A stretch of DNA of 64,000 nt from Candidatus Marinacidobacterales bacterium. Its GTDB lineage: Bacteria; Acidobacteriota; Vicinamibacteria; Marinacidobacterales; DATDRI01. Made by a program: the position numbers and the translations under genes. The DNA lies in assembly GCA_965226495.1 (NCBI GenBank), contig OZ245365.1, forward strand, positions 4,736,001 through 4,800,000. Direction: 5' to 3'. Shown here in pieces: positions 40,711-49,990 of this stretch. The notes beneath the pieces are model-generated. The model ran no database searches. It saw only the letters and a list, made by a program, of their open reading frames with translations, and was not told where the DNA came from. The first letter of the stretch is position 1, and every line of letters begins with the position of its first letter.

Positions 40711-41430
40711 GTGGCCAAGGAAATGATGACGTTTCTGGTCGAATCTTCTCAGCATCACAGGGGGATGGGGAGGTCGACGGCAAGCTTCGTGACCTCCTTT
40801 GCTATTCAAACCGCCCTTCTCGCCGCCATTATCATCGTTCCGCTGATGGCAACCGACGCGCTGCCCACACCGGCAGGAATCATGACCTTCATGGCGTCCG
40901 CGCCTCCACCCCCACCCCCTCCACCGCCGCCACCGGCGCCGAAAAAGAAGCGGCGTCGGCCGACCGCTCCAAAGCCCGTCCTGAGCTCCACCCCCAAATT
41001 CGTCGCCCCGGTCGAGATCCCTGATGAAATCGGATTAGGGGACTTTGGCGTACCGGGGGGCGTGGAAGGTGGCGTCCCGGGCGGAATGCTCGGCGGCATC
41101 GTGGGTGGTCTTCCCGATGCTCCGGCCATCGACACCTCGCAACCGGTGCGAGTGGGCGGAGATATCAAGCCGCCCAAGAAGATCAAAGATGCGAACCCCG
41201 TCTACCCAGACATCGCAAGGCAGGCCCGCGTTCAAGGAATCGTCATCTTGGAAGCGATTATCGACCCAGCAGGCAACGTCACGAACGTGCGCGTTCTGCG
41301 GTCCATCCCCCTGCTGGATCAGTCGGCCGTCCATGCGGTGAAGCAATGGAAGTACGAGCCAACGAGGCTGAATGGCGTGCCCGTCCCCATCGTCATGACG
41401 GTGACCGTTAATTTTGCCCTACAGAGTTAA
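40711..41430 (+). CDS. tonB: energy transducer TonB
   Basis: N-terminal TM, poly-Pro, GGVEGGVPGG, YP..A..ARVQG.V, AVKQWKY.P. Confidence 0.93.
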   Translation: MAKEMMTFLVESSQHHRGMGRSTASFVTSFAIQTALLAAIIIVPLMATDALPTPAGIMTFMASAPPPPPPPPPPPAPKKKRRRPTAPKPVLSSTPKFVAPVEIPDEIGLGDFGVPGGVEGGVPGGMLGGIVGGLPDAPAIDTSQPVRVGGDIKPPKKIKDANPVYPDIARQARVQGIVILEAIIDPAGNVTNVRVLRSIPLLDQSAVHAVKQWKYEPTRLNGVPVPIVMTVTVNFALQS

Positions 41431-41476
41431 AACGAGCTGATTTCGTAATTCAAAGTCCCCAACCGAGGAGGAGAAC

Positions 41477-42154
41477 ATGCAGTTTGGAATGATTGAGATG
41501 ATTGAATCGATGGGTCCGGCGGCTATTGCCACCAACGTCGTCTTGCTAATCATGTCCATGTACTCGATCGGCCTCATGATCGAGCGGGCATGGGCGTTTC
41601 ATCAGGCTAAGACCCAGTCCCGCGCCTACGCGCCTCAGGTCGCCAAGCTGCTGAAGGACGGCAAGATCGGCGACGCCATCAAGCTCAGCGGTAAGAAGGA
41701 CAACCGTTATAGCCACCTGGCGAAAGTACTCTTGGCCGGCCTGCAGGAATATGAGTTCCAGCAGGAAAGTGGTGGAACGAACCGCGAGGACATGATGGAA
41801 GCAGCGCACCGGGCCATCGAGCGGGCCACCGCGGTGAACCTCGCCGATCTCAAGAAGGGACTATCCGGACTGGCCACCATCGGCGCCACGGCCCCCTTCG
41901 TGGGACTGTTCGGAACGGTGCTCGGTATCATCAATGCATTCCGCGGCATGGCGTTGACCGGCTCCGGAGGTATCGGCGCGGTCTCGGCGGGTATTTCCGA
42001 GGCTCTGGTCGCGACTGCTTTCGGTCTCTTCGTGGCCGTGCCTGCGGTGTGGTCCTTCAACTACTTCATCACCCGGGTCGAGGGCTTCACGATAGAGATG
42101 GACAACAGCTCCTCCGAGCTCATCGACTACATGGCCAAGAAAACCACGGGCTAA
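41477..42154 (+). CDS. exbB: MotA/TolQ/ExbB proton channel
   Basis: LATIG.TAPFVGLFGTV.GI..AF, GISEALVATA.GL.VA.PA. Confidence 0.93.
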   Translation: MQFGMIEMIESMGPAAIATNVVLLIMSMYSIGLMIERAWAFHQAKTQSRAYAPQVAKLLKDGKIGDAIKLSGKKDNRYSHLAKVLLAGLQEYEFQQESGGTNREDMMEAAHRAIERATAVNLADLKKGLSGLATIGATAPFVGLFGTVLGIINAFRGMALTGSGGIGAVSAGISEALVATAFGLFVAVPAVWSFNYFITRVEGFTIEMDNSSSELIDYMAKKTTG

Positions 42155-42182
42155 GCCCCTTTTTCCAGGAGGATATTAACCC

Positions 42183-42614
42183 ATGGGTATGAGTGGAGGA
42201 GGAGACAGAAGCCCGCTTAACAGCAATATCAATGTGACGCCGCTCGTCGACGTGATGTTGGTGTTACTCATCATCTTCATGGTGGTGACGCCGCTGCTGC
42301 AAAAAGGTGTCGACGTCAAGCTGCCGGTCGCGGAGTATCCAAGCGACCACCCAGACAACGAAAGTGTGGTCACCGTAGCCGTGAAGCGGGATCGCACCCT
42401 CTATCTCGACATGATCCCCGTTGCCAAGAGCGAGCTCCAGGCCAAGGTGCGAGAGAAGTTCGCCGGTCGCGCCGAAAAACTTCTCTTCCTGAAGGCCGAC
42501 GAGGAACTCGAGTATGGCGCGGTGTTGGAGGTCATGGACATCTGCCGCGATGGTGGTGCCGAGGAGATCGGTCTCATTACCGACGTGAAGACGACTGGCA
42601 TAGGCGGCCGCTAG
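42183..42614 (+). CDS. exbD: ExbD/TolR biopolymer transport protein
   Basis: INVTPLVDVMLVLLIIFMVVTP, LKAD..L.YG.V. Confidence 0.93.
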   Translation: MGMSGGGDRSPLNSNINVTPLVDVMLVLLIIFMVVTPLLQKGVDVKLPVAEYPSDHPDNESVVTVAVKRDRTLYLDMIPVAKSELQAKVREKFAGRAEKLLFLKADEELEYGAVLEVMDICRDGGAEEIGLITDVKTTGIGGR

Positions 42615-42654
42615 GGTCGCCTCGCTCGTTCATACATAAAAGGAGTAACGACTT

Positions 42655-43065
42655 ATGGCGATGTCATCAGGGGGGGCTAAAGGCCCCAGCTCAGACATCA
42701 ATGTAACGCCTCTCATCGACGTGATGCTGGTGCTGCTCATCATCTTCATGGTGGTGACGCCGCTCACGCAGAAGGGGCTGGACGTAGAGTTGCCGGAGTC
42801 GGAAGACAACATCGTTCAGGAGCAACAGGAGCCAAACCCCAATCAGCTGGTTCTCAATATCGACGAGGATCTGCTGGTTACCATCAACAAACAACCGGTC
42901 ACTCGGGAAGAGCTTCCGTTGAGGATACGGGACATCTTCGAGACCCGTGCCGACAAGACCATTTTCCTTCGCGCTGCGTCCACCCTGACCTATGGCCAGG
43001 TCGTGGATGTGTTGGACGTCGCCAAGGGCAATGGTGTCGAGCGGGTGGGAATTGTCCCGCCTTAG
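42655..43065 (+). CDS. exbD: second ExbD/TolR protein
   Basis: INVTPLIDVMLVLLIIFMVVTP. Confidence 0.93.
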   Translation: MAMSSGGAKGPSSDINVTPLIDVMLVLLIIFMVVTPLTQKGLDVELPESEDNIVQEQQEPNPNQLVLNIDEDLLVTINKQPVTREELPLRIRDIFETRADKTIFLRAASTLTYGQVVDVLDVAKGNGVERVGIVPP

Positions 43066-43085
43066 GATTTCTGAGTTTCGATTTC

Positions 43086-43118
43086 GGAGTGAGGGGAGCC
43101 TCTGACTCCCCTCACTCC
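43086..43118. terminator. perfect 13-bp hairpin after exbD2 (terminator or REP-like)
   Basis: GGAGTGAGGGGAG-cctctga-CTCCCCTCACTCC; only a weak U-tract. Confidence 0.6.
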
Positions 43119-43249
43119 AGCCTTTCCCTCGCGTAATTAGCCGGTTATTAGCATCAGCGGCCCGCGCCAGAGGTCTCATGCGCCGCAGGCGGGCAGGGTC
43201 AGCCGAGCGCCCCCAAGCTCTTTGACACCCACCGGGATATCTCCGGGCA

Positions 43250-45196
43250 ATCAGGTAGCGAGGGGCGGTTGCCCACCCCCGGCTCCTACACCACCGTGCG
43301 TACGGTCCGTACACGGCGGTTCAAGAAGAACACGCAAGCCTCCGATGCTCGGCGAGGAAGCTCAAGAGACCGTGAGCGTGCAAATAACGAGTAGGGATGG
43401 CCTGGTTCATGTGAGACGCGCCGGCGTTCCACCACGGACCGTGGCCGTTGAAGGCGGAAACGCTAGCTGGAGCCTCAGCCAAGCCACGCGCCATGAGCCC
43501 TCGCCCGCCGGGTCCAGGGTCGCTTCCACTGCCTCCATAACAAGCAGCGCAGCTTCCGGCGAATCCACTTATCCAGCTCCTCGAAGCTCACACGCACGTC
43601 CGACATCCGAAAATACGCCACCCAACCGCGAATCACCGGGTTGAGTTCCTGGATGACGTGGTCGAGCCGACGGCCGCGACCGCGTCGAAAGACCAGCTTC
43701 AGTTTCTCCTTCAGTCGTTTCACCGACTCCGGAGCCACTTTCAGCCAAGGCGTACGGTTCACCGTGACGCTATACCCCAGAAACTTCCGTCGCCAGGGAC
43801 GCGCCACCGCGCTTTTGTCCCGGTTCACCTTGAGCCGGAGCCGCTCCCACACAAACGTCTCCAGCGATGCCTTCACTCGCTCGCCTGCTCGCTGTGACGC
43901 CACGTACACGTTACAGTCGGCGGCGTAGCGACAGAAGCGATGACCTCGTTTTTCGAGTTCCTTATCTAGCTCGTCGAGCAAGACGTTGCTCAAAAGCGGA
44001 GACAGCGGGCCGCCTTGCGGCGTCCCTTCGCTTCGGGCTGACACCACTCCACCCTCCATCAGACCCGCTTGCAGATACCGGCGAATCAGACGAAGCACCT
44101 GTTTGTCCTTCACCCGTCGCGCGACCCGCAACATCAGAATGTCGTGGTTCACTCGGTCAAAGAACTTTTCCAGGTCCAGATCCACAACCCACCGGTAACC
44201 CGCCGCGACATGAAGCCGCGACCAGCTCACCGCTCCCAGAGCGCTCCGCCCCGGACGGAAGCCGAAGCTCCAGTTCGAGAACGTAGACTCGAAGATCGGG
44301 CTGAGGACCTGAAGCAGGCCTTGTTGGATCATTCGCTCCAACACCGTCGGGATACCCAGCCGGCGCGTTCCTTTCCCTCCCGGCTTCGGTATCTCTACAC
44401 ACCTTACCGGTTGAGGTCGGTACCCACCGCTTCGTATCTCTTCTCGGAGGCGCGGCCAATGCGCCCGACAGTGCGCCATGAGCTCGTCGACGGTCATCCC
44501 GTCGAACCCAGCCGCTCCACCGTTTGCAACTACCCGTTGGTACGCTTTCAGCACGTTCTCTCGGCGAAACACCTCCTCGATGAGCGACCGAGCCTCGGGT
44601 TTGGCTTTCTCTCCACGTGCCGTGAGTGCTTGACGCGCGGGGGTCGTACCCTCAGCGGTTCCGCCGCCTACTTTCCGACTCCGCTCCGGCTTCTCAGCCT
44701 TCTTCTCTACGTCTTCTTCACTCATCGAACGCTTCGAGCCAAATCGGCTCCTCCTGTTAGGCCCTTCACCGCTGTGCGCGGCGGCTACTATGGCCTCGGC
44801 TGACTTCTGCTCCTCCTTCGCTACGCCTCTCAGCGGCGCTAGCCACAACGGCAGATGAGCAGACCTCCCAGGGTAAGGCGCGTGACTTTCTTCCCATACA
44901 CCCGTCGCATTTACGCCCCTTCCGTCCGCATGGCATCGGGCTTCGGGTCTTCATGCCCCCTCGCCCACTTCCAGGACGCCTCTATGCGCTTCGTGTTCCT
45001 CGGACACCGGGAGTTTGCTTACAGCTTCCTTCCCACCTCACCTCGCGGTGACGCGGTTGCTGTTCGGCTAGGGGTTCCTGCCATCGAGACCCCCAGAGGA
45101 CTTCCCTTGCGGGGCACCTCCTAGTCACTTCCCGTTTCGCTTTCGCTCTGCGGTTGACAGCGCCAGTCACGGCGCTGCGCGCCATGCCTGGCGCAC
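43250..45196 (-). mobile_element. group II intron, class IIC
   Basis: 5' GTGCG at 45196 directly after a terminator; short domain V GAACCGCCGTGTACGGACCGTACGCACGGTGGTGT (43322-43288); domain VI ending CTACCTGAT; encodes an RT. Confidence 0.95.
43321..44725 (-). pseudogene. ltrA: group II intron reverse transcriptase/maturase, inactivated
   Basis: IPKPG, GIPT, SFGFRPGR, DLEKFFD, GTPQGGPLSPLL, catalytic YAAD instead of YADD; frameshift near 43500, domain X tail (GPWWNAG...) continues in another frame. Confidence 0.9.
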
Positions 45197-45198
45197 AT

Positions 45199-45234
45199 AA
45201 AAAAAGGGGTGAAACGGCTCGCCGTCCCACCCCT
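45199..45234 (-). terminator. Rho-independent terminator of the TPR gene; intron target
   Basis: AGGGGTGGGACGG-cgag-CCGTTTCACCCCT followed by a T-run, then AT|GTGCG. Confidence 0.9.
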
Positions 45235-45304
45235 CAAAAGAAACTTCTTCTCTCTGGACTCTCTACCCGCAGTGCTCTTTTCTTATAGGAGGTCTTGGGG
45301 GGTC

Positions 45305-46312
45305 TTAGGAGGTCTCCTCAGTGCCTGATGCCGCCGCTCTCGCCGCCTCTTCCTGGGCCTCCTTCTTGATCTCCAACGCCTGATCACGTAGCGCGTTCGC
45401 CTGCTCCTCTAGCTCGGCCCTTCTCCTGGCATTCGGCTCGATCTTCGCTTCCTCTCGCAGCAGCAGATTCTTGTACACGAGCGCGTCAACGTACTGCTCG
45501 TTGAGCTCCAAGGCCTTGTCGAGCTCCTCCTGCCCCAGAACGATGTACTCTTTCCTCTGCGTGTTCGTTAGGTCCGGATCGCGGTACACCTTGTCCCAAT
45601 AGTGCGTGGCCACGATGTAGTAGCCCTCGGGATCGTTGGGGTTGACGTCCCGGGCCCTATTCTGCCACTGCATGGTCTCGTCGAACCGCCCGTACTTGTT
45701 CAGCAGGGCCGCTACGTGCCGATATCCCACCGCGTCCTCCGGGTTCCTCACCACCGGCTGCTGATACGCCTCGATGGCCTTTTCGAGAAGGGGCAGCTCC
45801 TCCTGATCGTCGAAGCGCTCGTACAGATCACCGAGAGCGTAGTACCGTTCCGGCTTTTCCGCATCCAGCGCGATGAGCTCGAGGTAATACTCCTCGGCTA
45901 CCTGGAAATCGTCCTTGATGTCGCGATAAATGGCACCCAGCTGCTCGTAGGCGTACTGTCGAATGGGATCCGCCTCTTCCGTGATATCCAACGTTTTCTC
46001 GTAGAGCTCGATGGCCTTTTCCAGATGGGCATTGTTCTCCGGATCGTCCTTGGTCGGGCGGTAAATTAAGTGATGCGAACTACCCAAATAAAAAAAGGCG
46101 GGCACGATCACTCGCGGATCCCCCTCCGGGTCCAGCTCGAGCACCCGATTATATTTCTCGATGGCCACCTCGTAATCTTTAGCGGCGTATGCGCCGTTGG
46201 CTTCTTTGAAGGCTTGCCGCGCCTTGAGCATGTTGAGTTGCCCCGAACATCCGCCAATTGCCAGAGCACCAACCACGATGACTCCCACGACGTAACCACG
46301 GTGGGTCTTCAT
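45305..46312 (-). CDS. TPR-repeat lipoprotein
   Basis: Lipobox IGGC; multiple TPR motifs; RBS AAGGGG. Confidence 0.88.
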   Translation of the reverse strand: MKTHRGYVVGVIVVGALAIGGCSGQLNMLKARQAFKEANGAYAAKDYEVAIEKYNRVLELDPEGDPRVIVPAFFYLGSSHHLIYRPTKDDPENNAHLEKAIELYEKTLDITEEADPIRQYAYEQLGAIYRDIKDDFQVAEEYYLELIALDAEKPERYYALGDLYERFDDQEELPLLEKAIEAYQQPVVRNPEDAVGYRHVAALLNKYGRFDETMQWQNRARDVNPNDPEGYYIVATHYWDKVYRDPDLTNTQRKEYIVLGQEELDKALELNEQYVDALVYKNLLLREEAKIEPNARRRAELEEQANALRDQALEIKKEAQEEAARAAASGTEETS

Positions 46313-46357
46313 AACCGTATCCCCCTTATTCTCATAGCCTTACGCAAACGGGGTTGT

Positions 46358-46386
46358 ATTATATTACGCGGTTTTCAGCAAGTCAA
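46358..46386 (-). promoter_or_regulatory. sigma70 promoter of the TPR gene
   Basis: TTGACT-N17-TATAAT. Confidence 0.75.
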
Positions 46387-46435
46387 GAAAAGGACACACC
46401 CCATTTCGCTCTTTCCGGACGCCATGTAGTGTATG

Positions 46436-46517
46436 GCTCCTTCAGCAGTGCGGCGGGGCCCCACCCCCACCGCGGTCCCTTCGCCGGCAAGCGGCTTCGG
46501 GACAGCTGATGGCTCCT
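46436..46517 (-). repeat. 82-bp REP-like element, left of relA
   Basis: 80/82 identical to the reverse complement of 48810-48891. Confidence 0.92.
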
Positions 46518-46521
46518 TAGG

Positions 46522-46550
46522 TTGATCCTATAGTCCAGCCGGCCTATGAT
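46522..46550 (+). promoter_or_regulatory. sigma70 promoter of relA/spoT
   Basis: TTGATC-N17-TATGAT. Confidence 0.6.
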
Positions 46551-46595
46551 GGAGGGAGGCAAACCCTTTGGGTCTGGGAGTTTGCCCCCTCCAAC

Positions 46596-48761
46596 ATGAA
46601 CATGATTCGTTTCGAAGACATCCTGGAAAAGGTGCGCTCCTACCAACCGGAAGGAGACCTCGATCTCCTGCGACGCGCCTATGTGTTCTCGGCGCGAGAA
46701 CACCGAGACCAGATGCGGTTGTCCGGCGAGCCCTACTTGGTACACCCGCTGGCGGTGGCGGACATCCTCGCGGACATGAAACTCGATGTGGTCTGTGTGG
46801 CCTGTGGGCTGCTCCACGATGTGGTCGAGGACACACTGACTTCGCTGGATAGCCTCGAAGAACACTTCGGCTCGGAGGCGGCTCATATCATCGATGGACT
46901 AACCAAGCTCGGGAAGATTCAGTTTTCTTCCACCGAGGAGCACCAGGCGGAGAATTTCCGCAAGATGCTGATGGCGATGATCGATGACATTCGCATCATC
47001 CTCATCAAGCTCGCCGATCGACTTCACAACATGCGAACCCTCCAGCACTTGCCGGAGGAAAAACGGCACCGCATCGCCAACGAGACGCTGGAAATCTACG
47101 CGCCGCTGGCGGGCCGGTTAGGCATGGGGCGGATCCGGTCCGAGCTCGAGGATCTCTGCTTCCGCTTCCTCCAGCCCGAGGCATATGGCACCCTGGCCAA
47201 GCGCGTGGAATCGAAACGCAAGTGGACGGAAGGCTTCATCTCCGAAATCAAAAGCATCTTGGAGAAAAAGCTCACCGAGAACGGAATCCCAGCCGAAGTG
47301 AGCGGTCGCATCAAGCGCACCTATAGCGTCTACCAGAAGATGCAGCGCCAGGGCATCGAGCTGGACCAAGTCTATGACCTGGTCGCCCTACGGGTGGTTA
47401 CCGACACCGTGCGCAACTGCTACGGCGCCCTCGGCATCATTCACAATACTTGGCGCCCGGTTCCTGGTCGCATCAAGGACTTCATCGCCATGCCGAGACC
47501 AAACGGCTACCGCTCGCTTCACTCCAGCGTGATTCCTGCCTCCAGCGTTCCCTTCGAGATCCAAATCCGAACACCCGAAATGCACCAGATCGCCGAAGAA
47601 GGCATCGCCGCGCATTGGAAGTACAAGGAAGGCAAACCTCTCGAAGAAGGCGACGTCCGCAATTTCGCCTGGCTCCGCCAAATCATCGAATGGCAGCGGG
47701 AAGTCAAGGATCCGCACGAGTTCCTCAATAGCCTCAAGATCGATCTCTACCCCGAAGACGTCTACTGCTTCACACCCAAGGGTGAAGTGAAGTCGTTCGC
47801 GCGCGGCGCGACCCCCATTGATTTCGCCTACGCCATTCACACCGACGTCGGTCACCAATGTGTCGGCGCTAAAGTCAACGGGAAATTGGTCCCCCTCCGT
47901 TATCGGCTAAAGAATGGCGACATCGTCGAGGTCGTTACCACCGCCGGGCACCGACCCAGCCGCGACTGGTTGTCCTTGGCCGTCACCTCTCGCGCCCGTA
48001 GCAAGATCAAGATTTTCCTCAACACCAACGAGAAGCAGCGCAGCATAGAGATCGGCAAAAAGGTGATGGAGAAGGAAGCTCGCCGCTTCGGCCTGGCCCT
48101 CAAAGGCATCACCGAGTCCGAAGGGTTTCCGGAGCTCCTCAAGGATTACGGGAGTGGTAAGGCCGACGATCTATACGCGGCGGTCGGCTACGGTAAAGTC
48201 TCCCCCCGGCAAGTCATCGCTCGCTTCGTGCCGGCGGAGAAGATGGACAAAAAGGACGGTGCCAGAACCAGCCTCGCCCAGGTCGTACGCCGCGTTCTCC
48301 GCGTTCCGGAAGACAAAATCCTCGTGAGGGGAATCAACGATTTGCTGGTGTTTCGGGCCAAATGCTGCAATCCGATTCCGGGAGAGAAGATTACCGGCTA
48401 CATCACGCGCGGGAAGGGAGTATCGGTCCATTCCGTTAAATGTCCGAACGTGGTCAATCTGTTGTACGATCCGGAACGGAAGATAGAAGTCGAGTGGGAG
48501 CGTGACAGAGAAGCGAGGTACGATGTCACGATCTCGGTGGACGTTGACGACCGACAAGGGATCCTGGCGGATATCACTTCCATCATCGCCAGCAGCAACA
48601 CCGATATCCGAAACATCGAGGCCAAGACCTTCGAGGAGGATCACAAGGGGGCGATCGACGTTACTTTGTCCATCAACAACTTGAAACATCTGGAACGCAT
48701 CACTCGCTCGATTCTATCGGTCCAAGGCGTCCGAGACATCGCACGGCATACTCCCCACTAG
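46596..48761 (+). CDS. relA: bifunctional (p)ppGpp synthetase/hydrolase
   Basis: HD domain (R.SGEPY..HP, LLHDVVED), synthetase (GRIK, YRSLH, EIQIRT), TGS (FTPKG), CC and ACT domains. Confidence 0.97.
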   Translation: MNMIRFEDILEKVRSYQPEGDLDLLRRAYVFSAREHRDQMRLSGEPYLVHPLAVADILADMKLDVVCVACGLLHDVVEDTLTSLDSLEEHFGSEAAHIIDGLTKLGKIQFSSTEEHQAENFRKMLMAMIDDIRIILIKLADRLHNMRTLQHLPEEKRHRIANETLEIYAPLAGRLGMGRIRSELEDLCFRFLQPEAYGTLAKRVESKRKWTEGFISEIKSILEKKLTENGIPAEVSGRIKRTYSVYQKMQRQGIELDQVYDLVALRVVTDTVRNCYGALGIIHNTWRPVPGRIKDFIAMPRPNGYRSLHSSVIPASSVPFEIQIRTPEMHQIAEEGIAAHWKYKEGKPLEEGDVRNFAWLRQIIEWQREVKDPHEFLNSLKIDLYPEDVYCFTPKGEVKSFARGATPIDFAYAIHTDVGHQCVGAKVNGKLVPLRYRLKNGDIVEVVTTAGHRPSRDWLSLAVTSRARSKIKIFLNTNEKQRSIEIGKKVMEKEARRFGLALKGITESEGFPELLKDYGSGKADDLYAAVGYGKVSPRQVIARFVPAEKMDKKDGARTSLAQVVRRVLRVPEDKILVRGINDLLVFRAKCCNPIPGEKITGYITRGKGVSVHSVKCPNVVNLLYDPERKIEVEWERDREARYDVTISVDVDDRQGILADITSIIASSNTDIRNIEAKTFEEDHKGAIDVTLSINNLKHLERITRSILSVQGVRDIARHTPH

Positions 48762-48778
48762 CAGGGTGCAGTACGGTT

Positions 48779-48980
48779 CACTGCACTGCACTGCACTGCA
48801 CTCTGCGCGAGGAGCCATCAGCTGTCCCGAAGCCGCTTGCCGGCGAAGGGACGGCGGTGGGGGTGGGGCCCCGCCGCACTGATGAAGGAGCGAGCCCGGC
48901 CCGAGTGGGCCGACGACAGGTGCGCCGAGCGAGGAGCGAGGCGCCAAGCGCGCGAACGAGGAGTGAGCGCGCACTGATGC
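48779..48980 (+). repeat. (CTGCA)n microsatellite + 82-bp element (48810-48891) + further modules
   Basis: cactgcactgcactgcactgcact, then the inverted copy of 46436-46517, then gagtgagcgcgcactga. Confidence 0.88.
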
Positions 48981-49043
48981 ACCGGATGTCGGCTTTGTTT
49001 CAGACTTACCTAGTCTCACACATCAAACGTAACGGGAGCACTA

Positions 49044-49427
49044 ATGGACAAAAAAGCCCTGTTTACCGACAAAGCCCCACGCCCCATCGGTCCCTATAGC
49101 CAGGCGATCAAAGCGGGGAATTTTCTTTTCATCGCCGGCCAAGTATCGCTGGATCCTGCCACCAATGAGTTCATTGAGGGCGACATCGCGGCTCAGACCA
49201 GGCACGCGATGGACAACATTATGGCGATCCTCGACAACGCGGGACTCGGATCTGAAAACGTCGTCAAGGCCACGGTGTACCTCGCAGACATGGACGACTT
49301 TGCCGCCATGAACGAAGTCTACGGCACCTATTTCAAGGAGACGCCACCAGCCAGGGCGGCTGTTGAGGTGGCGCGCCTACCGAAAGACGCTAAGGTCGAA
49401 ATCGACATAATCGCCCTAACTGCCTGA
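49044..49427 (+). CDS. ridA: RidA family reactive intermediate deaminase
   Basis: [36 protein letters not shown]. Confidence 0.95.
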   Translation: MDKKALFTDKAPRPIGPYSQAIKAGNFLFIAGQVSLDPATNEFIEGDIAAQTRHAMDNIMAILDNAGLGSENVVKATVYLADMDDFAAMNEVYGTYFKETPPARAAVEVARLPKDAKVEIDIIALTA

Positions 49428-49507
49428 CAAAAACAGGCTCAGGATCCGAGCTAGGGTGTCGGGTTGAAAGAGAGCCCTTGAGGGCTGGCAGTACTAGGCG
49501 GGTTTGT

Positions 49508-49699
49508 TCACGCCGCTTTGACGACTTTGCCGGACCGGATGCAGCGCGTGCAGACGCGGATGCGTTTCCGAACGCCCTCGACGAGGGCATGAACCCGCTG
49601 AAGGTTCGGATACCACTTCCTTCTCGTCAAATTGTGGGCATGGCTAACCCGGTTGCCACTCAGGGGACCCTTGCCACAAATCTCACAAACTCTTGCCAT
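49508..49699 (-). CDS. rpmB: 50S ribosomal protein L28
   Basis: [10 protein letters not shown]...GN.VSHA...T.R...PNLQ...VCTRC. Confidence 0.97.
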   Translation of the reverse strand: MARVCEICGKGPLSGNRVSHAHNLTRRKWYPNLQRVHALVEGVRKRIRVCTRCIRSGKVVKAA

Positions 49700-49730
49700 A
49701 CTTCGTAAATCCTTTCCGCAACAAACGCCT

Positions 49731-49759
49731 ATGATAACGGAGCTTGATGGTTGGTGCAA
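49731..49759 (-). promoter_or_regulatory. sigma70 promoter of rpmB
   Basis: TTGCAC-N17-TATCAT. Confidence 0.55.
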
Positions 49760-49772
49760 GTATTGGGAAATC

Positions 49773-49990
49773 TATCAGCGGCGTTGGGGCCCCACCCCCA
49801 TGCTCGTCGCTTCGGCAACCGGTGCCTGCGCGACAGCTGAAGGCTCCCCCGCTCGCTACTCGCTACGCGACTCGCTTCGCTCGCGCTGCGCTCGGGCTCA
49901 GGGCTGTTATCAGTGGCGTTGGGGCCCCACCCCCAACGCCCCATGCTCCGTCGGCAAGCGACTGCGCATGGGCTCAAGGCTGTGCGCATT
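49773..49990 (-). repeat. tandem pair of modular REP-like elements
   Basis: Two ACAGCCYTGAGCCC heads and two GGGGGTGGGGCCCC hairpins; the first head supplies the mrp stop codon. Confidence 0.9.

Noticed and set aside
43086-43118. PyrR binding loop (agtcagaggct on the minus strand)
   Set aside because: Incomplete consensus and not upstream of any pyr gene
43321-44848. Retron, DGR or defence RT
   Set aside because: Group II intron RT motifs plus domains V/VI and a GTGCG boundary explain it fully
46557-46592. c-di-GMP-I riboswitch (GGCAAACC) before relA
   Set aside because: No GNRA loop, GACGCAAAG junction or second stem
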